Translations under genes and position numbers: made by a program | DNA from: Polymyxa betae A26-41 | Taxonomy: Eukaryota; Protista; Endomyxa: Phytomyxea | Length of the DNA: 63,232 bases | Assembly: GCA_003693705.1 (NCBI GenBank) | Contig: RBZT01000120.1 | Location: 1 to 63,232 of the forward strand | Direction of reading: 5' to 3' | Notes under the pieces: generated by a model | What the model saw: only the letters and a program-made list of their open reading frames with translations | What the model was told of the DNA's origin: nothing | Databases searched by the model: none | Part shown: positions 12,457 to 25,159 of the stretch, piece by piece | Layout of the letters: each line of letters begins with the position of its first letter | Numbering within the stretch: position 1 is the stretch's first letter

Positions 12457-14049
12457 TTGGAAGCCGTTCTGTAATACATGGACTTTGGTCGATTCTTGCT
12501 CCTGACACATTCTTCGGACACCGACTTCGAACAATTTCTTGAGATGCGATTGCAGTGCGATCCCGCGCCACTGCGCCGGGTCACTTAGGCCGGCTCGATG
12601 GAGACCATGAAGGCCTGCTTCCACAGCGATTACATGATCTGATGGGCAAAAAATATCGTGAACATTTGAGACAGTACCGGCGCCGCAGCTCCCGGACTGC
12701 ATTTAAAAACATCAGCAGTGCTGTCGGGCCCGATGGCCCTCTTCCACGTCGCTCGTCGTAACAAGTTAGCCGTTTCTTCTTCAGAGCAGCAGGATTTTTC
12801 CCAAGCCTCGAGCAGATCGGTTCGCCGCCTGAATCGCCAGTGAAGCTCAGATGGAGTCTCCTTTGTCGCCTGGAAGAGGTTACTATAATAGTCGGCGAAT
12901 TGTGTGACACAAGGCTGTTCCACGGGGGGTTTGCCTGTGTTTTCGCGTTGCTGTTCTGCCTGGAGGGCAGATTTAACCGAACTCAGGAAGAAGCCATCGG
13001 ATGTCTTAGCCAGATTCTTCCTGTCGATATGCAACTGCCGTTGAAATCCGCGTCGTGACATCTCCGGAGTCCAGCAAGCCATCCCGATCAAGGCACATCG
13101 GATGCCACAGCATGTAGAAATGTACGCTCCGTCGATCATCTCTTGAGCCGTGTGGAGGAGAGCCGGATCACAGGGATCCTCGGCTTCCAGCTGGCGGTCA
13201 AGCCGATCCCCGACAAAGCGCGAGAATGATGCCAGCGCCTACATCATTGGTTTCAGTAGCTGCGCGCACAATTCGAGCCGTTCTGGTGATGAAAATGCGA
13301 GACGTGACCAGGTCCAGCGCCTGGGATCGAGGATAACATCATCTAGCGTGTCCGCGATTTTTAGCGAGTAGGACCCGATGCGGATGTTCAACAGGAGGAC
13401 GATGAACAACGAAGTGAGCACAGGGGACCCCGCGGACCTTCGCTAGGTCCACAATGGACATGCATCCTGGGCTGAGCCAGGTCCACCTTCGCGGAGATCG
13501 GGTCAGCCGCAAGTTCAAAAACTCCAGCTGTGCCCGGGCGATTCAGGCTTGGGTCTGGGCGGAGCGGGCATTCGTGGAGTGGTCTCCGGTAATTTTGCCG
13601 AGCCGCGCTTTAAAGTCCCCTAAAAATCAACGACTGGTTTAGAGAATACAGTGCTGACCTCATCAACCGAAGCCGTCAGTGTTTCCAGCGACTGCGGTTT
13701 CCGGCTATGTTGACGCTTGGGGGGATGTAGACGCCGACAACGGTGGTTCCCCGAGTCGTCCAGATAGCCCAACGGCTCTGCGGAAACACCAGAATAACGC
13801 CGCCCGAGCTGTGTGACGCACCAGAAGGCTGATGCCCGCCTTGCCTCTGGGCGATTTGGGGTGGAGATCCGTACAGACGGCGTCAACGCGCTGCCATCGA
13901 GCGTGGCGCGGTTGTAGGAATCCACGATCCGGGTCGATCCATGTTTCGTAGAGCAAGATCGCGTCCCAGCCAACCTCCATTGCGGCCGTAATGGCGGCGC
14001 GCTCTTTGCCTCCGCAGGGTGCTTCAACGTTCCAGCCAGCAACTTTCAT
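12457..14049 (-). mobile_element. Non-LTR retrotransposon (LINE) remnant: AP endonuclease plus N-terminal RT
   Basis: MKVAGWNV, DAILLYETW, GKAGISLLV, LGDFKAR (APE motifs); RAIGPD, WRGIALQSHLKKLFE, QNGF (non-LTR RT early domains); frameshifted and 3'-truncated. Confidence 0.85.
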
Positions 14050-14089
14050 AGGGTAATAAAATGCTGGGGCTGTTGGCATCAACGATTCC

Positions 14090-15434
14090 GAGCTAGTGGC
14101 CTGGTACAGTATCGTGAAAATGGCAGGGGCTGTCGCAAGCGACTGCGGTCCTGCACTCTATGGCTGGCCACAGATGATCGCTCGAACGGGGACAGAACAC
14201 CCGGAGAGTTGTGTTGGGAGCGCCTGTGTCGCTCCCGACACCGCCAATCATGAGCCAGCATCCGGACGCGCCGTCACTAAAACAGTCTGATATGTTGACG
14301 AAATGTTGACGTCGAGATAGCCGCGACTAGTCGGGCCGCCTGACGATCGCTCGAGCGGGTCCAGTGAGACCATGTTGGGAGCGCCGATGCCCGCCCCCGA
14401 CACCGAAAACCGCGATCCACCAACCGGGAGTGGCGCCCTCGCCATCGCTGGCACAGTGTTGAGAAGTGTTGATGAGTGTTGGGAAGTGTTGAGGATTGTT
14501 GGGAGGTGTTGGGAAGTGTTGAAAGGTGTTGGAAAGTGTTGGAGAATGTTGAGAAATGGTGGAGAATGGCGGCGAGTGTCATATCGGCCAGGGCCAGTAC
14601 GACCACCTTGTGGTCGGTTCGGGCAGCCGTATATTCGCTCGATTGGGGCCAGAACATCCAGCAGACCATGGTGGGAGCGCCGGTGTCGTTCCAGACACCG
14701 CCATCCATGACCCATCCTCCATACGCGACTCCATCAGGGCCGCCGCCGCCGGTGAGACGGATAGAGCTGCGATCAGCCGAAGCCGATCGGACCGCCTGCG
14801 CCGGTGCCGCTCCCGACACCGCCAATATGTTCCAACATCCGGGCGCGCCGTCAGTAAAACAGCCTGAAATGCTGACTTCGCCTGAAATGTCGACTTTTGG
14901 ATAGCCTCGACCAGCTGAGGCCGATCGGGCCTCCTGATGATATCTCGAGCGGGTCCAGTACGTCCGTCAGGTCATGTTAGGAGCGCCGGTGCCGCTCCCA
15001 ACACAGCCAACCATGATCCAGCGTCTAGACGCGGTTTCGTTAGGACCGCCGCGGGCATCTCCGCCATTGCAATCAGTACCAGCCGGGGCCAGTACGACCG
15101 CCTGATGGTCGGTAAAACAGATCCAATACGTCCTGCTGGTCGTGATAAAGACGCTGAGATCGCGCCCGATGTCGTTTACCACGACCCAGCATCGGGATAT
15201 GGTGTCGATATGGCCGCCAATGCAATCAGCGATAACGGAGCCGTGGCCGGCCGGGGCCAGTACGACTGCCTGGTGGTCGGCTGGGCGGGACCAGCACGGC
15301 CGGGCGGTCACGACTTGGGCCCCCGAGTCGCTTCCAGCGCCGCCAGCCCTGATCAGCCATCCAGGTTCGGCGATCCATTGACAACGGGCATCATCAACAT
15401 CCTGACGATGCTGGGATTTCGGAGACGGTTCTAG
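14090..15434 (+). repeat. GC-rich ~168 bp tandem monomers that read as 56-aa repeats (GQYDxLxVG...HDPxS)
   Basis: GGGCCAGTACGAC near 14591, 15086 and 15254; GCTCCCGACACCGCCAA-like blocks recur; ORF 14937-15434 holds about three protein repeats. Confidence 0.7.
14455..14570. repeat. 10-bp minisatellite, consensus GTGTTGRGAA, about 11 copies
   Basis: Directly visible GTGTTGAGAA/GTGTTGGGAA run. Confidence 0.9.
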
Positions 15435-15668
15435 AGCGATCCGCCAGGCTTTCGGGTTCGCGAACCGTGACAGCCATAACTCATCCCGTACTAAACTAGA
15501 GTCATAAACCAATTCGGGAATAAGGGGCCGCGGTAGCAGAGCCCAGTTGTCCAGAGGTCGACGATCGACTGAGTTGGAGCGACGTGGTGGGGTTACTACA
15601 GCCCGAGGGGCCTCATCACGGTGAGAACCGTCAACGCGACGGGGTCGCTCACGTAACCATGACGGCCA

Positions 15669-15795
15669 GGACTGGTCCACTGCTGCCAGGTTGGCTACAC
15701 TGACCATCCTCTTCTCCCAGTGACTATACGCAGCACCAGGAGGGATCCGATGCCGGGATTGGTCCACTGCTGCCATAGCGGCTACACTGACCATT
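15669..15795. repeat. Direct repeat pair of ~39 bp
   Basis: GGA(C/T)TGGTCCACTGCTGCCA...GGCTACACTGACCAT near 15669 and 15756. Confidence 0.8.
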
Positions 15796-17029
15796 CAATA
15801 TTTTGTATCCATCACCACTATGGCGCCCGCAATCGGAGCAAAAGCTCGCAAGAGTGCCAAGAGGACGATCGCGACGGTCGCTGCCCATTGCTGGGGTCGT
15901 GGCGGCCTAGCATGCCATAGGATGGGCCTATGATCATGGTTAGTATCACTATCAATTGTTTTGCACCAAACCGGGAGTTGGTCGGGGTCCGCGGCGGCCC
16001 CATTGCGCTTATAGGCGCTGATCATTGGGCGGCCGGGCTCGGGGCTGTTTCCTCGACTCTGTTGAGACTAGAGAGGCAACAACGATCAATGTCTGGACAA
16101 GCAGTCAGTTTAAGAAGTGATTGTATTAATGGCCCGGTGGGCTGTTATATAATAAAATAAGATTAACGCAAATTCATATATTTGGAAACTACGTGGCGGA
16201 GTTGTCGTACACCAGTCGTGAGCTGCCATAGTCGCCTGGGTCTGTGTGTGCTATAGTAACTCCGGTTCGGAGCTTGAGAAGTCCTGTGGTTCGTGGCCAT
16301 GCACGATTCGAGCCAAGTTACCCTGCGCCCACTTGACGTGTACACCTGCCGTGGTTTGATGTCTTGACAGACCCGAGATCGCTTCGAGCTCGGTTCTGCA
16401 GACTCTGTGACGATACGCTCTCTGTCAATATCGATACGGTCGGTCATATCGGTGTCGGGGTCGGAGATTCATTCATTTCGATATCATCTTCGCGACTTGG
16501 TGTTTCATTCGGGGCTTCGGCCATATCGTCATCTGAGCAGTTGGGATCTTCCACGTTGTCATCGTCGGAGTCTGATGCCCATCCGGAGTTCTTTTCAATG
16601 GTGCGGCCGACATTGTTGAGCCATGCATCCGTGTCTTCTCCAAACAGGTTATGGTCGATATCGGGTCCGAGCGATCGCGGGGTATAGGGCGCAGGGCTCT
16701 CCTGGCGGACTCCGGCATCAGGGATGGCGGGGTCCGTGACGGGGATGTCCGACGCTCAGGGCAACGGGGTTGCGCGCGGGAGCGTACGATCTGGTGGAAT
16801 ATTAAATCTTCTCGACGCCTGAATGAAAAGCAGAAAAGTGCCGATGCGAGTTTAAATGCGTTGAAATTGGCAGAATTTGGCAGGAATCGTGATGTAACGG
16901 CAGGTAAAAGCAAATATTAAGCGATCCGGTGCATGGGCATTGCCACCGCCTTCCTGAACGCGAAGCTAAGTGAATGACATGCACATGCAGCAGCTGGAAG
17001 GTTGCCTTGCTGTAGGCAAAGGCCGCATT

Positions 17030-17830
17030 GAAACGGTCAACAAGTTGGAGAAGGCGATCTACTGCTTGAGGCCGGCCGGCCGTGCTTGTGTATGATTTAG
17101 TAAAAAATAGTATAAAACTTCTGATTTCCCAAAAACAGCGAAAGCAGTTTGATGAACTGCGTTCGAAATAAGACTCGATGACTGACGCACAAGCCTGATG
17201 CGCTCGAAAGATGCGAGCATGATGGAAGTATGAAGACCAGCATTAGTAATAAGGGGTTCGATTCCCCAAAAGTCCGTACTGTGACCGTACGGACTGAGCT
17301 GAATGAAGCTGGGACGCGGGCTGGAAATAAAACACAATTCATTACAATCTGACCGAAGTGCTGCCAGATTTTGTAGTAACTTGAAATCGCGATCTGACGA
17401 AACCGCTCTACTTGGTGGAAGACGGACTCGACTTTCTTACAAAAGCTCGGGTTCAAATAGTGCAGCGCTAATCGATGTCTGTTCATACAACATACCGACA
17501 AGTAGTTCGTTATGCTGGAGCTGTACGTCGGCGATGTCGTGCTAGCAGCATCAAATTTGGTCGAGCATGCAACTATCAGAAATTCTTGAGACAAGAATAT
17601 AAAATGAAGGACAAGTGGCTAATTCGTAACACGCTGGGGGTCAAGGTCGATATATATCTCTCAGTCGGCACCATAGTACTCTCTCTCGGCGCCTATATCG
17701 ACTCAATTGCAGGACTGCAAACTAGCACCTATACATATGGTGGTCGAGCACGACAGCCGGGATCACGAGAGGACGGGCTCTGCCGATATCAATTTCCCTA
17801 CCGGGCATGAGTCGGGCACCGCAACTCCGT
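17030..17830 (+). pseudogene. pol: Highly degenerate Ty1/Copia RT remnant
   Basis: Manual translation VNKLEKAIYCLRPAGR (KL.K.LYGLKQA.R), MLELYVGDVVLA (YVDD), YKMKD, LSLGAYI, FPYRA.VG. Confidence 0.7.
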
Positions 17831-17880
17831 GGGGATGCCTTTTCTGCGATTGGGTGCATGCGACTTTTAGTGGTTTATTT

Positions 17881-18175
17881 CGCAGGGCCACGCATTATTT
17901 CGCAAAACAAGTGCGCGGATTCGCAAATACAAATCGCTTGCAAAAGCGTAGCAGCGCATAGTTTCGCAGGAAACGTTGCGAGCTTTCGTAGATTAATTCG
18001 CATAAAACGCATAAAATAGCATAACAGCGCATAATATCGCGGAAACAAGTGCGTGTATTCGCAGATTTCGTTTGCTGGTAAAGGCAAAGCTCTGCAGAAT
18101 TTCGCAGGATCCTGTGCACTTTTTCGCAAATTCAATTCGCTTGCAAAAGCATAGCAATGACTACATTCGCAGGTT
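17881..18175. mobile_element. Probable left terminus of a CACTA/CMC element (TTCGCA-rich subterminal repeats)
   Basis: Begins CGCAGGG; more than ten TTCGCA/TCGC motifs; a CMC transposase lies downstream once nested LTR elements are removed. Confidence 0.45.
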
Positions 18176-18224
18176 TTAAAAGTGGCATGAAATGGCAGGA
18201 TAACGATTTATGCAGCTAAAAGGG

Positions 18225-18434
18225 TGTAGCAAATTATTACTTTAATATAAGAAAATACAAGAATAGTTTGCAAGATTTCAAGCTACGACGAAGCTGCGCT
18301 AAGATTCGCCCGCGGAGTCCTACGGACACCGTGACGGCCTTTGGGTCCTGGAAGTTCCCATGATTGAAATACAGATTCATTATTGATTTTACCTTCATTC
18401 CCGTGTATCTGATCGTAGAAGTCAGATGGCTACT
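18225..18434 (+). repeat. 5' LTR of Gypsy copy 2
   Basis: Direct repeat of 23598-23833. Confidence 0.93.
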
Positions 18435-19540
18435 TTGATGACAACATCGGATGAAGATCCTCTATATAATGAAATCGACGAACAAATAGTCTACGACTAT
18501 GAAACACCCACTGAAGATGACGGGATGGCAGACCGAGGGTCTGTCCAAATCGTTGAAGATGAAGTCAGTCAGCGAATGCAGACTGACAATGACGACCAGG
18601 GCACTGGCAATAGCCGGAATACACCCAACAGCGATGAGATCGAGGCTAATCATAGCTGCCAGATGACCAACGGCGGAAACCAGGGCATGGCCTCGGGAAA
18701 CCTTGCCGTCGTGGAGACGAATCGCGCCCCAGTATTGCGGAAGCTGGATCGCAAAGCGATCTTGAAACTCGTTGAAAACCGGGAACGTTACTTGCGTAAT
18801 TTTCGCGATGCGAACACTGCAGGTAGGCCACGTTCATTGGTGTCGATGATCGAGACAGCTATGCTCGAGACGATCTGCGAATGCGATCTCGGAATCTCCG
18901 CCGAAATCGCTACCAATGAAGACCTCGAATCATGGATCAATACTGCCTTGATAGATGACCGGTCGCAGGACTCTCAAATAGAGAAGAAGATGAAGAAGAT
19001 GAAGATGAATCTGAGCATCGAAGCTCCAAAATTACTGGTCACTGACCTATTTTCCCAATTCAATAAAGTGTCAAAGACAATGGTTGGAAGCATCTTTTTG
19101 CCGATGACAATGGGCAGAAGATGAAGATCCGGTTCCTTGTAAATGCAATCGAACCGAAAGAGTTGAAGTCGATCATTAAGAATAAGATGAAGATTGAGCC
19201 CCGGTTCAAGAAACAGACCACGGCTTTTCTGCTGTTACTACGCGAAAAAACTGTGAACCATGAAGAATCACGGACGCTGAACAAGGCAGATGACGTTGAC
19301 GAGAAGAAAATGAAGAAGAATTACCGTAAGCGCCCGATTGATGATGAAAAAAGGAGATGAAGAAGACGAAAGGCGAAGCGAAGAGCAGCATGCCAGACCG
19401 CTCCAACTCGCTGTGTTTTAAATGTAAGCAATATGGCCATGGATGTTTCACATGTCCAGAAGGCCTAACCAAAGAAGAAGTTCACACGCTTCTCAAGAAG
19501 CACGATAATACATACAAGAAGAAAAGTTCCAATTACCTTT
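18426..19540 (+). pseudogene. gag: Gag with CCHC knuckle, frameshifted
   Basis: ORFs 18426-19124, 19121-19360 and the start of 19357; CFKCKQYGHGCFTC. Confidence 0.85.
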
Positions 19541-22500
19541 TGGTCTGCAGAATTGGTAGTGGACCAGCCGAAAGTCGCCAGATAGATGTGAAAAATAGTG
19601 AAGGCCTGTATGTCCCTGGAATACTTGACAGTGGAGCCACGGACATGTCGCTGATCCCACTTCGGATAGCGCAGCTGGCAATCCGGAACGACCCCACAAT
19701 CAAGACGGAGCGGCTAGGAGAGCCTATTCGACTCAGACTGGGGGATAACAGAACAGAAGTAGAGGCTACGGAGTGCGTGATACTCGATATCGGGCTGCGC
19801 ACAAAAGCCGGTGAAATTATCACAAGGCAACGGAGATGCCTAATCAGGGATGTTCCCAGTGACGAGATCATGCTTGGGAGTGACCTTCTAGAAGAACTTG
19901 GGATAGAGCCAAAAACTGCGCTCGACGCATTAATTGTGAGAAAACGGGCGAAGTTAGATGATATTCAGGGCTCTCAAGGACTTCTTAATGAAGAACAATT
20001 TGAATCGGAAGATTTCGACGACTTTGATGATATGGTAATACAAAAGTGCCTAGATGGAAAAGAAATCGATGAGGACCTGGAAATGTTAGTAGAAGTTGCT
20101 AGAAGTAACGGCCTACCAGAAGAATGGACGGGGAAATTAAGCAGGCTCGTACGAAAGTATCGAAATGTATGGCGCATAACGCTAGGCCCAGACGCGCCTG
20201 CCAAAGTCACACCGTTTGTTACTCGTTTTACACCAAACGCAAGACCGTACAAATGTCCAAATAGGTGTTATAGTACAGAAGACAGCAAATTTTTACGGCA
20301 ATTCATCACTGAGCTGGAAACCAACCCTCTGGTAGAAGAAAACCTGAATTCAGAAAGGGCCTCACCAGTTGTCGTAGTGAAGAAACCTGACGGAAGTAGA
20401 AGAATGTGCGTGGATCGGCGAGGCGTGAACGCCATATCTGAAAGCACAACATGGCCAATGCCATTCCTAGAAGCCATAGTAAATAATTTGGCTGGATCCA
20501 AATGTTGGCTCAAACTGGATGCATTTAAAGGCTTTTAGATGATGCCATTATCAGAAGAATGTCGAGAAATGTTTTCATTCATGACAGACAGAGGGGTGTA
20601 CACACCGAAAAGATCCATACAAGGCGCCTTGAACTCTGCTACGCAGTTTCAAGCGAGGATGACTGAAATTTTCAAGAATCTAATACAAGATTCTCTAATC
20701 GTATGGATTGATGACTTATTAGGGTATGCGAATTCACTCGAGAGATGGTTTAGTACTCTAGAAGAAACATTAAGGCTTGCAGCTATATATAACATCAAGC
20801 TAAACTTGAAGAAATGCGATTTATTCACCCGTAAAGTTAAGTTTTGCGGACGAATATTCACACCGGACTGAGTCGCACACGACACCGCTCGAATTGAGGC
20901 ACTGCTTGCAATTCCGCAACCGAAAACGGCTAGGGACCTGCAGCAGTTCTTGATGGCAACTCATTGGATGAGCAGGTCGATTCCCGAATACAACAAAAAA
21001 GTCCATAGTTTACAGGATATCTTTGAACTAAGCATGAAGGATCAACCATCGAGGAACAAAAGTGTTGCGAGGCAGGTTAGACTTTCCAAGTACGGATGGA
21101 GCCCGCAGCATGCTGTCACTTTCGAGTTACTGAAGACAGCTATCGCTAACAATGTCAAGTTGGCTTATCCAAGAGATGATATGGCGCAGTGTATGTTTAC
21201 TGACGCCAATGAATCGAGTGCATCCGGAATGGTGACTCAGGTTCCAATTGAAGACATAAATAAACCAGTATCGTTACAAAGGCATGAACCATTGGGATTC
21301 GTTGGTCACCGGTTCAATAGATGCGAAATGAACTGGAGTGTGGCTGAGAAAGAAGGGTTCGCTAAGATACGATGCAAAAGCTGGACTATTTATTACAGAT
21401 GAAACGACCATTCAAACTGTTTTGTGACCATAAAAATCTAATACAGATTTTTCAGCAACGAATGTGTCAAAGCCAACGGCTCAGAAGATACAAAGATGGG
21501 CCCTTTACATGCAGCGATTTCACTACCAAATTGAGCACATCAAAGTAGAAGAAAACATTTGGGCCGATCTAATGACAAGATGGGGAGCGAAACCAGTTGA
21601 TGAAGAAACCTCTACGCATCGATTGGTCCGCAGAGTACGCACAATAACTGTCCCAGATGACCAGGGATTAGACCTTTACAAAACCACGAGTTTGTATGGC
21701 CTACAGTAGAAGAAATAGAGAAAATTCAGAAGAAATGGTTATCAAATATTGAAAATCGAAAAATAAATGAAGACGGTTTAATAATCACAGATAAGAAAAA
21801 AGTGATAATTCCGTTAGAAGCAGAAGAAATGAGATGCCGGTTATGTATAATCGCCCATGCTGGAGGAAACAGTGGACACCTCGGGTACCAGGCCAGCGCG
21901 CAAAAATTGACGCAGTTTTTCACTGGAAGAACTGTACCGAAGACGTAAAAGCGGTATGCAGTTCATGCCTGCACTGCTTGCCCACTAGAGGAGGAATGAG
22001 AATTCCACGACCCCTAGGAACCCAGGTTCACGGTCAGCAACCGAATGAAGTGTTACACATGGATTGGATATATATCTGGCCAATGAAGAAGAACGGTATT
22101 CATGAATACCAGTGGAACCTAATTCTGCGAGATGACCTATCAGGGATGATAAAGATAACACCCGCAAAAATTCCTGATACCTCCGTGACTGTAGAGGCAC
22201 TGATGGAGTGGAGGGCCCTGTTCGGAATACCAAAAATACTGGTCTCTGATATGGCGTCCTACTTTGTTTCGACGACTATGAAGGAGTTCGCCAAAAGGTG
22301 TAATATGAAACAGCATATCACCACGGCATATGGACACTACAATAATGGCACTATTGAGGTGATCAATAAAATTTATTTAGCACTAATAAGAGCCCTATTG
22401 TCCGAACTCAGATGGGAGAAGGAATCCTGGCCATGGCTGAACCGTAACGGTGAGCACACTATAAACCACAGAGGACAGAATCGTCTGAATGGTAATGCGC

Positions 22501-23216
22501 CAGTAACAGTGATGACAGGATTGAAACCTGACAATCCACTTGATGAAATTTTCAAGAATCCCAGTACGACGGAATTTTACAAAAATTGCGTTGACAAGGC
22601 TAGCATTCAGATGAGAATTGAAGAATTGCGGGACGTGCTAGACAACATGCATAAGGCAGATTCTAAGACATCCGCAAAGCAGAGGACATTGACGAAAACA
22701 AACCAGAAGAAATTCAGAAGAGAACCAAACTTTGGAATAGGAGACTATGTCTTGGTAGGCGTACCGGAAGCGGCAAAGCTGACCGGACGAAAGTTATTCC
22801 TAAAATGGCGTGGTCCATACCGGATCACTGATACTGAAGATAATTACGTGTTCGAAGTGGAGAATATCATCGATCACTGTAGAAGCAGGGTCCATGGTGA
22901 CCGGATTCAGTTATATGCTGATTCCAAACTTAATGTTACAGACGAAATAAAGAAGCAGTTCGCACAAGACAATGAATCGTATCAAGTGAGCGATTTTATT
23001 GACTGCAGACTCAATCCTGAGACTGGACAGCTGGACTTGCTGGTTGAATGGAAAGGATTCACGAAAGAAGAAAATTCATGGGAACCCCAGAAGCACCTGT
23101 TTGAAGACGTCCCTGAATTAGTGAAGAAATATTTGAAGAAACTGCGCGACGAAAAAAGTGCACTCGCAGAATGTGTAGAAGACAGTATTAGAAGCCTTAA
23201 TCAAAAGTCAAACTGA
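19541..23216 (+). pseudogene. pol: Gypsy pol PR-RT-RH-IN-chromodomain, stops and frameshifts
   Basis: GILDSGA, KLDAFKGF, IVWIDD, FTDAN, EKEGFA, CLHC, HMDWI, VSDMAS, NGTIE, KWRGPYRI, LVEWKGFTKEENSWEP (chromo). Confidence 0.95.
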
Positions 23217-23597
23217 AAATCTACTATTGTTTTCAAGCTTTTATCCCAATGGGTTTTAATGCTGAAACTATAGCAAATGATCAGTAAGTACGATTTTTTA
23301 GATGACATGATGAAATGTATTTATAAAATTATGAATTATTTATAAATAAATGAGGATACTGATGATTGATGACAGATGATTATTGATGAAACTCGATGAT
23401 AGCGCTACGATGACTTACAGTATAGATGAATTTTAGGACGAACTTGATGATCGGATCTGATAATGATGACCTTTAGATGAAGATGAAAATGATCACAAGT
23501 GAAGACCTAATGAACTATGATAACGACCAGTCATGAAACCCTAACACCCTATATACAAGAAAGATACTAAAGACTATCGAGATTTTGAGGAGGGGAG

Positions 23598-23833
23598 TGT
23601 AGCAAATTATTACTTTAATATAAGAAAATACAAGAATTGTGTGCAAGTTTTTAAGCTACGACGAAGCTGCGCTAAGATTCGCCCGCGGAGTCCTACGGAC
23701 ACCGTGACGGCCTTTGGGTCCTGGAACTTCCCATGATAGAAATACAGATTCATTATTGATAGAAATACAGATTCATTATTGATTTTACCTTCATTCCCGT
23801 GTATCTGATCGTAGAATCGAGACGATTGCTACA
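23598..23833 (+). repeat. 3' LTR of Gypsy copy 2 with an internal 23-bp tandem duplication
   Basis: TGTAGCA...TGCTACA; GATAGAAATACAGATTCATTATT duplicated. Confidence 0.95.
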
Positions 23834-24861
23834 ACGGATGCGAATTTTCTTGAAAAGGAAGTGAACAGTATTCGAGTTTGTAAATACAAATTCTTTAATG
23901 ACAGTATGAACTAATTAATATAAAGTTAATTAGAGCAGCAAATGCTTCACCACGGTATCTATCGCAGCTTTCCCTCAATTCAAAAGCAGTGTTTGAATGG
24001 AGACACACAACTTTATGTGCACAGAAAACAATACGAAATCCAGAATCACAATACATATGAATTTTACCGGCTAAGCCAACTGGAATAAAATGCGATGATT
24101 CCTGAAACTCACACGCGTTAGACATAATCAGGACGTAACCATTACTTGGGGTCATTCATTATTACAGGGCACAGGCCCTCGCAATGCACGAGCCGTACAC
24201 CGGGTAATATGTTACTATGCAGCTGTTTTCCGACAGCACCCAAGATCCACCAGTATTACGCACCCTCATTCGGGCCGTATGGATTTTACACGTGAGCTTA
24301 GAGACATCGGAATACCGGCCGCACCCTCTTATCGTCCACACGCGAAAATAATGCGCTGGCTTTACACCCGGCCACAGCCCGAAATGAGCGACAGAAAGAA
24401 AATGAGAGGTCATCCGTTATTTCAGGCGACCGGCCCCGGTGCCCGAGAGCCGTACATCTCATCTCTTGGAACAACTAGAGCTCTGCTACTTTGGCACACC
24501 CAGACTCCGGTATTATGCACCCGCGATCACTCAGGCCGTATGCTGGGGCTGTTGTATAAGCCTATTGCTGCCACGTCATTTGGAGTCATGACCGGGATCA
24601 GGACAAGCGCAGCGCCTATGGCAATTCAGCATCATTAAAGAAGGAAGATATTGAATGGAGACGAGCATCGCAGTGCCCGGTGTCCGTACGGAGACCGTAC
24701 CAGCTGCAATGTGTCATCTTCCACTGGTACGTTTTTGCGACACTGGATCTATATGTTGCGAAAGTTGATGTATTTTACTGCGACGAATTAAAGCGCATAA
24801 TTTGATATCGACAACAGTTCGATTCTAAAAAATTTGCCTCTAACATTATTCAGGAACAGGC

Positions 24862-25093
24862 ATTAGGACAGAATGGTAATGGAGTCTTAGATTCTAAAGA
24901 GGAGGGTTGTAGACACAAAGGGAAAACAGAGATACAAAGGAGAGAGGACTAAAACAGGAAGTGTGTATAATTGTAAATTTAGTTTTCCCAGCACAAAGCG
25001 CTCATGTGCATCTTGGCCAGGAACGACCGTTGAGATGAGCCCGCAGTCTGCAGTGGAGCGCTCCCATGGCGATGCAGGTGAAATGCTGTAATT
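24862..25093 (-). repeat. 3' LTR of Copia element
   Basis: Direct repeat of 30258-30491; PPT complement CCCCCACTCA adjacent at 25094-25103. Confidence 0.93.
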
Positions 25094-25159
25094 CCCCCAC
25101 TCACTATGAGCATGGGGTCATTTCATGCACTTGATACGAGCGCGCAAGTCTAAAAACTT

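Larger units (their letters stand above)
18225..23833 (+). mobile_element. Full-length chromodomain Ty3/Gypsy LTR retrotransposon (copy 2), degenerate
   Basis: Paired LTRs (TGTAGCA...TGCTACA), PPT GAGGAGGGGAG at 23587-23597, gag-PR-RT-RH-IN-chromo order; TSD imperfect (AAGGG/ACGGA). Confidence 0.96.

Noticed and set aside
14455-14570. Telomeric repeat
   Set aside because: 10-bp degenerate unit, internal, unlike TTAGGG-type repeats.
14248-15794. Many overlapping GC-rich ORFs as separate genes
   Set aside because: By-products of GC-rich tandem repeats; only the plus-strand repeat frame shows conservation.
17097-17594. Minus-strand 165-aa ORF as a hAT dimerisation domain
   Set aside because: The opposite strand carries Copia RT motifs, so this is a shadow ORF.
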